A DNA stretch of 64,000 nucleotides from an uncultured beta proteobacterium (GTDB lineage Bacteria; Pseudomonadota; Gammaproteobacteria; Burkholderiales; SG8-39), in NCBI GenBank assembly GCA_963811085.1, contig CAWEPV010000003.1, forward strand, positions 482,482-546,481, in the 5' to 3' direction. Every line of letters starts with the position of its first letter. The stretch's first letter is position 1. The position numbers were made by a program, and so were the translations under genes. Shown piece after piece: positions 57,071 through 64,000 of this stretch. The notes under the pieces are model-generated. The model searched no databases. It was not told where the DNA came from and saw nothing but the letters and a program-made list of their open reading frames with translations.

Positions 57071-59199
57071 GCGGGCACGAAGTCGATCTTGCGCGTCTCC
57101 AGGTCGACGCGTACCAGCTTGACCTTCATCCGGTCGGCAAGGCGGAAACGCTGGCCGCTGCGCTCGCCGAGCAGCATGTGGCGCGCGGCATCGAACTGGA
57201 AGTAGTCGCGCCCCAGCTCCGAGATGTGCACCAGCCCGTCGACGAAGTAGTCGTCCAGGGTGACGAACAGGCCGAACGAGGTCACCCCCGTCACCGCGCC
57301 GGTGAACACGCCGCCAACGTGCTCCTTCATGTAGAAGCACTTGAGCCAGTTCTCGACGTCGCGGCTCGCCTCGTCGGCGCGGCGCTCGGTTTCCGAGCAG
57401 TGCCGCCCGAGCGCGTCCCAGTCAACGCCTTCGTAGCGCCGCCCCTTGAGGCAGGCCTTGATCGCTCGGTGCACCAGCAGGTCGGGGTAGCGCCTGATCG
57501 GCGAGGTGAAGTGCACGTAGGCCTCGAACGCCAGGCCGAAGTGGCCCGCGTTGTCCGGGCTGTAGACCGCCTGCTTGAGCGAGCGCAGCAGGATCGTCTG
57601 CAGCAGCGTGAAATCGGGGCGGCTGCGGATCTTGTCCAGCAGCTCCGCATAGTCCTTGGGCCGCGGCACCTCGCCGCCGGGCAGCTGCAGCCCGAGTTCG
57701 GCCAGGAAATCGCGCAGCGCCGAGACCTTCTCCGGCGCCGGCACGTCGTGCACCCGGTACAGCACCGGCTGGCTGCGCTCCGAGAGCAGGTTGCCGGCGG
57801 AGACGTTGGCCGCCAACATGCACTCTTCGATCACGCGGTGCGCGTCGTTGCGCGCCTCGGGAATGATCTTCTCGATCTTGCCCTGCGCGTCGAACACCAT
57901 CCTGGTCTCGAGCGTCTCGAAATCGATCGCGCCGCGCCGACGCCGCTCCTCGGCCAGCCTGCCGTACACCTCATACAGGGTCTGCAGGTACGCCGGCGCC
58001 TTGCCCGAGGACAGCCCCTCCCATACCTGGTTGTACGTCAGGCGCGCGCGCGAACGGATCACCGCCGGGTAGAACGCGTAGCGTGCCACCACGCCCTTGG
58101 GGGTAATCATCATCTCGCACACCATCGCCAGGCGGTCGACCTCGGGGTTGAGCGAGCACAGGCCGTTGGAGATCTTCTCCGGCAGCATCGGGATCACGCG
58201 CCGCGGGAAATAGACCGAGGTGCCGCGCTCGAGCGCATCGGCGTCGAGCGGCTCGCCGTGGCGCACGTAGTGGCTGACGTCGGCGATCGCGACCCAGAGG
58301 CGATAGCCTCGACCGTCGCGCACCGCGTGCACCGCGTCGTCGAAGTCCTTCGCCGTCTCGCCGTCGATGGTGACAAAGCCGAGCTCGCGCAGGTCGCGCC
58401 GGTCCGCGAGGTCCTCCTCGCGCACCACCTCGGGCAGCGCGCGCGCCGCCACCATCGCCTTCTTCGAGAACTCGTGCGGCAAGTCGAACTTGCGCAGCGC
58501 GATCTCGATCTCCATCCCGGGATCGGTGTAGTTGCCCAGCACCTCGGCCACGCGCCCGATCGGCTGCGCGTGCTTGGACGGCTGCGCCACGAGCTCGACG
58601 GTCACCACCTCGCCCGCCTTCGCCCGTCCGGCCTCTTTCGGCGGAACCACGATGTCCTGCGCGATGCGGCGGTCCTCGGGCACCAGGAACAGCACGCCGT
58701 GCTCGGCGTGCAGCCTGCCGACGATGCGCCGCGTGGCGCGCTCGAGCACCTCGACGATCTCGCCCGAGGGCCGGCCGCGCTGGTCTCGCCCGCTGATGCG
58801 CACCGCGGCGCGGTCGCCGTGCAGCGCCTGGCGCATCTCGGCTGGCGGCAGGAACACCTGTGGGCCGCCGTCGTCGGGCACCAGGAAGCCGTGTCCGTCG
58901 CGATGGCCTTCGATGCGGCCGGCGAGCAGAGCGAGCCGGGTGGCCACCAGCAGGCTGCCGGCGCGGTTCTTGACCACCGCGCCCGCCCGCTCCAGGGCCG
59001 CGACGGCGTCGTCGAAGCTGCGCCGTTCGCGGCCGCGAATCTCGAGCCGGCCGGCGAGCTCGTCGGGCGTGAGCGGCGCGCCGGCGCCGTTCAGCGCCGC
59101 AAGGATTTCCTTCGCGTAGGTATCCGTCGGCACCGGCTGCGGCCGCTCGGCGCGTCCGCGCCGGCGTAACGATGTTTTGCTAGGCTTCTTCTTTGACAC
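57067..59199 (-). CDS. rnr: Ribonuclease R
   Basis: RNB domain (FVTIDGETAKDFDDAV, HFTSPIRRYPDL) and C-terminal S1 domain. GTG start. Confidence 0.95.
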   Translation of the reverse strand: MSKKKPSKTSLRRRGRAERPQPVPTDTYAKEILAALNGAGAPLTPDELAGRLEIRGRERRSFDDAVAALERAGAVVKNRAGSLLVATRLALLAGRIEGHRDGHGFLVPDDGGPQVFLPPAEMRQALHGDRAAVRISGRDQRGRPSGEIVEVLERATRRIVGRLHAEHGVLFLVPEDRRIAQDIVVPPKEAGRAKAGEVVTVELVAQPSKHAQPIGRVAEVLGNYTDPGMEIEIALRKFDLPHEFSKKAMVAARALPEVVREEDLADRRDLRELGFVTIDGETAKDFDDAVHAVRDGRGYRLWVAIADVSHYVRHGEPLDADALERGTSVYFPRRVIPMLPEKISNGLCSLNPEVDRLAMVCEMMITPKGVVARYAFYPAVIRSRARLTYNQVWEGLSSGKAPAYLQTLYEVYGRLAEERRRRGAIDFETLETRMVFDAQGKIEKIIPEARNDAHRVIEECMLAANVSAGNLLSERSQPVLYRVHDVPAPEKVSALRDFLAELGLQLPGGEVPRPKDYAELLDKIRSRPDFTLLQTILLRSLKQAVYSPDNAGHFGLAFEAYVHFTSPIRRYPDLLVHRAIKACLKGRRYEGVDWDALGRHCSETERRADEASRDVENWLKCFYMKEHVGGVFTGAVTGVTSFGLFVTLDDYFVDGLVHISELGRDYFQFDAARHMLLGERSGQRFRLADRMKVKLVRVDLETRKIDFVPA

Positions 59200-59221
59200 G
59201 ATCGGGTCCTGCCACTAAAAT
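59193..59221 (+). promoter_or_regulatory. Sigma-70 promoter for tRNA-Leu: TTGACA-17 nt-TAAAAT with a GC-rich discriminator
   Basis: Hexamers read directly at 59193-59198 and 59216-59221. The tRNA begins 10 nt downstream. Confidence 0.6.
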
Positions 59222-59230
59222 GCGCTCCCC

Positions 59231-59318
<88 letters not shown>

Positions 59319-59392
59319 GACTCGGCAAAGCAGGATTCTATCGCGCTTCGCCGTCTTCCGCCGCACCGCGTAGGTGGCTCGTTGAGGTCGAC

Positions 59393-60610
59393 ATGAGAAC
59401 GCTCCTCGAACCGGCGCTGCGGCAGCTTGCCGACATGTCCGGCACCCCCTTCGCCGCGCGCTTCGCCGACGGCAGCGAGTTGCGCTGCGGCGCGGGCGAG
59501 CCGGCGTTCACGCTCGTACTGAAGACCGCGGGCGCCGAGCGCCGCATCGCGCTTTTTCGGCACGTCGGCCTGCTCGAGTCCTATTTCGACGGCGAGCTCG
59601 TGCTGGAAGGCAGCCTTCGCCAGGCGCTCGCCACCGGCATGTTCGGCAACATGACCCGGCCGAACGGGCCGGTCGCGCTGCGCAACCGCTGGCACGAGCT
59701 GCGCTACTCGAACTCGACCTGGGAGCAGGCCAAGGCCAACGCGCGCTTTCACTACGCGCTCGGCACCGAGTTCTATCGCCTCTGGCTCGACGACCCGCTA
59801 ATGATGTACACCTGCGCCTACTGGAAGGAAGGCACGCGCACGCTGGAACAGGCGCAGCAGAACAAGATCGATCACGTCTGCGCCAAGCTGCGGCTCGCCC
59901 CCGGCGAGGAGGTGGTCGACATCGGCAGCGGCTTCGGCGGCTTCATGTTCCGCGCCCAGGAGCGCCACGGCGTGCGCGTGACCGGCATCAACACCACCAC
60001 CGAGCAGGTCGCCATGGTGCGCGACGAAATCGCCCGCCGCGGGCTGGGTGAGGCGCTCGAGGTGATCGACACCGACTTCCGCGACGCCCGGCGCGAGTAC
60101 GACAAGGTGGTCTCGATCGGCACGCTCGAGCACGCCGGGCGCGACCAGCTGGCCGAGGTCGTGCGGGCGCACGCCAAGTTCCTCAAGCCGGGCGGACTGG
60201 GGATGCTGCACTTCATCGGCCATGTCGGGCGCTACGAGACCGACTTCTTCATCCGCGACAAGGTCTTCCCCGGGGGCTGGATCCCGAGCCTCGCCGACGT
60301 GATCGTGGCCATGGAGCAGGCCGGGCTCGAGGTGGTGGACATCGAGAATCTGCGCCGCCACTACGCGCTCACGCTCGACGCCTGGGCCGAGCGCTTCGAC
60401 CGCAACTGGGACGCGATCCATGCGCTCGACCCGAAGAAGTTCGACGAGCGCTTCCGCCGCATCTGGCGCGTCTACCTCTACGGCTGCGCCGAGATGTTCC
60501 GCTCGCCTGCCGGCTACACGCACCTGTTCCAGATCGTGTTCAGCCGCGGCAACCTCGCCGCCGACAACTACCCGATGTCGCGCGCCCACCTCTACCGCGA
60601 ACGGGCGTGA
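59393..60610 (+). CDS. Cyclopropane-fatty-acyl-phospholipid synthase family SAM-dependent methyltransferase
   Basis: VVDIGSGFGG SAM motif and HYALTLDAW C-terminal block. Confidence 0.85.
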   Translation: MRTLLEPALRQLADMSGTPFAARFADGSELRCGAGEPAFTLVLKTAGAERRIALFRHVGLLESYFDGELVLEGSLRQALATGMFGNMTRPNGPVALRNRWHELRYSNSTWEQAKANARFHYALGTEFYRLWLDDPLMMYTCAYWKEGTRTLEQAQQNKIDHVCAKLRLAPGEEVVDIGSGFGGFMFRAQERHGVRVTGINTTTEQVAMVRDEIARRGLGEALEVIDTDFRDARREYDKVVSIGTLEHAGRDQLAEVVRAHAKFLKPGGLGMLHFIGHVGRYETDFFIRDKVFPGGWIPSLADVIVAMEQAGLEVVDIENLRRHYALTLDAWAERFDRNWDAIHALDPKKFDERFRRIWRVYLYGCAEMFRSPAGYTHLFQIVFSRGNLAADNYPMSRAHLYRERA

Positions 60611-61950
60611 GCGACGCGCTCGAGCGCCACGCCGCGCGCCGCGACCGGCTCGCAAAGCGGCTGCGCGAGGGCGGCGGCCAGGTCGGCCTGGCCAAGGAAA
60701 CCTCCAACCTGTTCCGCGACCGCGCGGGCCCGGAGCGGCGCCGGCTCGACGTGCGCGAGTTCCGCGAGGTGCTGCGCGTCGACCCCGCGGCCGGAATCGT
60801 CGAAGCCGAGGGCATGGCGAGCTACGAAACGCTGGTCGCGGCCTGCCTGCCGCAGGGCGTGATGCCCGCGGTGGTGCCGCAGCTCAAGACCATCACGCTC
60901 GGCGGCGCGGTCGCCGGCGTCGGCATCGAGGCTTCTTCGCACCGCTACGGGCTGGTGCACGAGTCGGTGCTCGAGCTCGAGGTGCTGACCGGCGACGGCC
61001 GGATCGTCGTCTGCACGCCCGACAACGAGCACGCCGACCTGTTCCACGCCTTGCCGAACTCCTACGGCACGCTCGGCTACGCGTTGCGCGTGGTGGCGCG
61101 CACCGCGCCGGTGAAGCGCTTCGTGCGGCTCGAGCACCGCGCCTTCGGCCGCGGCGCGGACTGCTTCGCGGCGATGCAGGACGCCATGCGAGCGGGCGAG
61201 GCCGATTTCATCGACGGAACGGTGTTCGCGCCCGACCGGATGTTTCTCACGCTCGGGCGCTTCGTCGACGAGGCGCCGTACACGAGCGACTACACCTACC
61301 GCGACATCTACTACCGCTCGATCGGCGCGAAGCGCGAGGACTATCTCTCGGCGCACAACTTCATCTGGCGCTGGGACACCGACTGGTTCTGGTGCTCGAA
61401 GAACCTGCTGGCGCAGAACCCGCTGGTGCGCCGCCTGTACGGCCGCGCGCGCCTCAATTCGCACACCTACACCCGCATCATGCGCTGGAACAGCCGCGTG
61501 GGCCTCACGCGCTGGCTCGACCGCCTGCAGGGCCTGCACGGCGAATCGGTGATCCAGGACGTGGACGTGCCGCTTTCGCGCGCAGCCGAATTCCTCGATT
61601 TCTTCGCGCGCGAGATCGGCATTTGGCCGGCGTGGCTGTGCCCGATCGCGCCGCAGGCGGACGCCGCGCGCTTCACGCTCTACCCAATGCAGCGCGAGCC
61701 CTACGTCAACTTCGGCTTCTGGGACGTGATCCGCACCCGCAAGGGCCACGAGCCCGGGCACTTCAACCGCCTGATCGAGAAAAAAGTGAGCGCGCTTGGC
61801 GGCATCAAGTCGCTCTACTCGGACAGCTACTTCGGACGCGAAGAATTCAACCGCATCTACGGCGGCGATGCCTATCGCGCGTTGAAGGAAAAGTACGATC
61901 CGTCCGCTGCGTTTCCCGAACTCTACGACAAGTGCGTCCTCAATCACTAG
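60607..61950 (+). CDS. FAD-binding (PCMH-type) oxidoreductase, DHCR24/DIMINUTO-like
   Basis: TLGGAVAGVGIEASSHRYG FAD block. 4-nt overlap with the methyltransferase gene. Confidence 0.75.
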   Translation: MSDALERHAARRDRLAKRLREGGGQVGLAKETSNLFRDRAGPERRRLDVREFREVLRVDPAAGIVEAEGMASYETLVAACLPQGVMPAVVPQLKTITLGGAVAGVGIEASSHRYGLVHESVLELEVLTGDGRIVVCTPDNEHADLFHALPNSYGTLGYALRVVARTAPVKRFVRLEHRAFGRGADCFAAMQDAMRAGEADFIDGTVFAPDRMFLTLGRFVDEAPYTSDYTYRDIYYRSIGAKREDYLSAHNFIWRWDTDWFWCSKNLLAQNPLVRRLYGRARLNSHTYTRIMRWNSRVGLTRWLDRLQGLHGESVIQDVDVPLSRAAEFLDFFAREIGIWPAWLCPIAPQADAARFTLYPMQREPYVNFGFWDVIRTRKGHEPGHFNRLIEKKVSALGGIKSLYSDSYFGREEFNRIYGGDAYRALKEKYDPSAAFPELYDKCVLNH

Positions 61951-61976
61951 GGCGTAGACGTCCGCTCGCGGTTGAT

Positions 61977-62612
61977 TTGCTGATACTGGATTGTGACGGG
62001 GTCGTTGTCGACAGCGAGCCGATCACGATCCGCGTCCTCACCGAGATGCTCAATGAGCTTGGCGTTCGAATCGACGCCGAAGAAGCCGCTCACCGCTTCA
62101 CTGGCCATACGTTCGCGCGCACGCTCGATCTCATCGTGGCGATGCTCGGGGCGCCGTTGCCGCAGAATTTCGTGTCCGAGTATCGAACCCGGACCTACGC
62201 TGCCATGGAGCTTGAGCTCAAACCCGTCGAAGGTATCGCGGGCGCACTAGACAGTATCCCGGTTCCCTACTGCATCGCGTCGAACGGGCCGCACGAGAAG
62301 ATGCGCAAGACACTAACCATAACTTCCCTGCTTTCGCGCTTCGAGGGCCGGATGTTCAGTTCGGCCGACGTGTCGCGCGGAAAGCCGTTTCCCGATCTCT
62401 TTCTCTTTGCGGCCCGTCACTTCGGCGTGCCAGCCGCTTCGTGTCTCGTCATCGAAGACAGCGCAAGCGGGATTGCCGCCGCGCTCGCCGCAGGCATGTT
62501 CGTCTATGGATATGCTGGATGTGAAGTGGAAGAGAAACTGCTGGCTGCCGGAGCCCACGGGATCCTGCGCCACATGTCGGAACTGCCGGCCCTGGTGACC
62601 GGTGATCGCTAA
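61977..62612 (+). CDS. HAD-superfamily hydrolase (phosphatase/phosphomutase-like)
   Basis: LILDCDGVVVDSE (DxDx motif I), ASNG (motif II), KPFPDLF and EDSASG (motifs III/IV). TTG start inferred. Confidence 0.8.
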   Translation: MLILDCDGVVVDSEPITIRVLTEMLNELGVRIDAEEAAHRFTGHTFARTLDLIVAMLGAPLPQNFVSEYRTRTYAAMELELKPVEGIAGALDSIPVPYCIASNGPHEKMRKTLTITSLLSRFEGRMFSSADVSRGKPFPDLFLFAARHFGVPAASCLVIEDSASGIAAALAAGMFVYGYAGCEVEEKLLAAGAHGILRHMSELPALVTGDR

Positions 62613-62628
62613 CCGCGGCGTCGAAAGC

Positions 62629-62913
62629 TCAGTGGTCTTCGATGCGCGGTACCGACTCTTCGGCGGGCTCGCCGGTGTCGGGATCGATCCAGTCGGCAAC
62701 GCCGATCTCGGATTCGGCTTCCTCGAGCGTCTCGCCCGGCTCGAAGTCTCCACCCTCGGCAGCCTGCAGCTCGGCGACCGCCTCGTCCAGCGTCGGGAAC
62801 GGGCCCGACTCCTCGCCGCTTGCTGTGTCTTTCCAGTAGAAACCGTCGGGCCGCTCGATGATGCGAGTGCGGTCGTCGACCTCGGGTGGACGCTGCGGGA
62901 TCTTGCGTGCCAT
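62629..62913 (-). CDS. Small acidic hypothetical protein
   Basis: 94-aa ORF with a very acidic C-terminal half, 77 nt downstream of purA on the same strand. Confidence 0.5.
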   Translation of the reverse strand: MARKIPQRPPEVDDRTRIIERPDGFYWKDTASGEESGPFPTLDEAVAELQAAEGGDFEPGETLEEAESEIGVADWIDPDTGEPAEESVPRIEDH

Positions 62914-62990
62914 TGCCTTGCCTCTTCGCTCTAGTTCGCTCTTTTCACTCTGGCTCAATCCTACGCCCAGGTGCGCGCTTCGCAAAGAGC

Positions 62991-64000
62991 TTATTCGGTC
63001 ACATCGAAGGGGTGGCGCAGGACGATGGTCTCGTCGCGGTCGGCGCCGGTCGAAATCAGGTCGATCGGCACGCCGGTCAGCGCCTCGATGCGCGCAAGGT
63101 AGTCGCGCGCGGCCTTGGGTAGCCCGTCGTAGCGCTTGACGCCGACGGTGCTCTCCATCCAGCCCGCCATTTCCTCGTACACCGGCACGCAGCGCGCCAG
63201 CTCTTCGGCGCCCACCGGCAATATATCGCTCATTTCGCCGTCGATCTGGTAGCCGACGCAGATCTTCACCGCCTCGACGCCGTCGAGCACATCGAGCTTG
63301 GTGATGCACAGCCCCGACACGCCGTTGATCTGGATCGAGCGCTTGAGCGCCGCGGCGTCGAACCAGCCCGTGCGGCGCGGGCGGCCGGTGGTCGCGCCGA
63401 ACTCCTGCCCGCGCTGGCGCAGCTGCTCGCCGACGTCGTCCGACAGCTCGGTGGGAAACGGCCCGCTGCCGACGCGCGTGGTGTAGGCCTTGGTGATGCC
63501 GAGCACGTAATGCAGGTGGTGCGGGCCGATGCCGGCGCCAGCAGCCGCCGCCCCCGACACGCAGTTGGACGAGGTCACGAACGGATAGGTGCCGTGGTCG
63601 ATATCGAGCAGCGAGCCCTGCGCACCCTCGAACAGGAGATTCTTGCCCGCGCGGTTCGCGTGGTAGAGCGCGCGCGGCACGTCGGCCACCAGCGGCGCGA
63701 GGCGCGGCGCGAGCGCAAGCGCCTCGTCGAGCGTCTGCTGGAAGTCCACCGCGGGCTGGCCGTGGAACTGGGTCAGGACGAAGTTGTGGTACTCGAGGAG
63801 CTCCTTGAGCTTCTCGGCGAAGCGCACCGGCTTGAACAGGTCCTGCAGGCGGATCGCGCGCCGCGCGACCTTGTCCTCGTACGCCGGGCCGATGCCGCGT
63901 CCGGTGGTGCCGATCTTGTTCGTGCCCTTGCTCGCTTCGCGCGCGGCGTCGAGCGCCGCGTGGTAGGGCAGGATGAGGGGACAGGCCTCCGAGATGCAGA
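62991..64000 (-). CDS. purA: Adenylosuccinate synthetase (5' end beyond window)
   Basis: [32 protein letters not shown] and [14 protein letters not shown] blocks. The open frame continues to the window edge. Confidence 0.95.
   Translation of the reverse strand, partial: CISEACPLILPYHAALDAAREASKGTNKIGTTGRGIGPAYEDKVARRAIRLQDLFKPVRFAEKLKELLEYHNFVLTQFHGQPAVDFQQTLDEALALAPRLAPLVADVPRALYHANRAGKNLLFEGAQGSLLDIDHGTYPFVTSSNCVSGAAAAGAGIGPHHLHYVLGITKAYTTRVGSGPFPTELSDDVGEQLRQRGQEFGATTGRPRRTGWFDAAALKRSIQINGVSGLCITKLDVLDGVEAVKICVGYQIDGEMSDILPVGAEELARCVPVYEEMAGWMESTVGVKRYDGLPKAARDYLARIEALTGVPIDLISTGADRDETIVLRHPFDVTE

Overview
High-GC (about 65-70% by eye) proteobacterial chromosome. Gene order suggests a betaproteobacterium: priB sits between rpsF and rpsR, arnA is split into two genes, and there is a cbb3/FNR low-oxygen cluster. 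No finer taxon can be assigned without a database search. Layout: (1) 0.8-4.3 kb holds a complete chromosomal integron, with intI on the plus strand, a candidate attI, and five minus-strand cassettes bounded by a homogeneous attC family. The cassettes are one ORF-less cassette with a nested palindrome, one unknown protein, two toxin-antitoxin cassettes and one collapsed TA remnant. (2) 4.3-32 kb is a dense low-oxygen regulon: ccoNOQP, ccoGH, ccoIS, hemN, fnr, a second Crp/Fnr regulator, two hemerythrins, two universal stress proteins, a PAS kinase/NarL-type pair, Hsp20 and an Fe-S/CCG protein. Four near-perfect TTGAC-N4-GTCAA FNR boxes lie at class-II spacing. (3) 34-40.7 kb is an aminotransferase-hom-thrC operon that continues, translationally coupled, into DUF2237, an unknown membrane protein and a 548-aa zeta-toxin-like P-loop protein. 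(4) 40.7-48 kb is an arnT-B-C-A(FT)-A(DH)-D-(Mth938-like)-E/F lipid A aminoarabinose operon. It is followed by a hydrolase and a roughly 2 kb low-GC islet carrying a frameshifted AT3-SGNH O-acyltransferase. (5) 51-64 kb is housekeeping: bcp, phoH/PIN, CDGSH, dnaB, rplI-rpsR-priB-rpsF, rlmB, rnr, tRNA-Leu(CAG), a cfa-like methyltransferase with an FAD oxidoreductase, a HAD hydrolase and partial purA. At least seven genes, including essential dnaB, show single-nucleotide frame breaks, several of them in G/C or A/T runs. These are most likely assembly indels rather than pseudogenes. Many long ORFs in the supplied track are alternate-frame or antisense artefacts of high GC and were not called. No CRISPR array, rRNA or IS element was seen.
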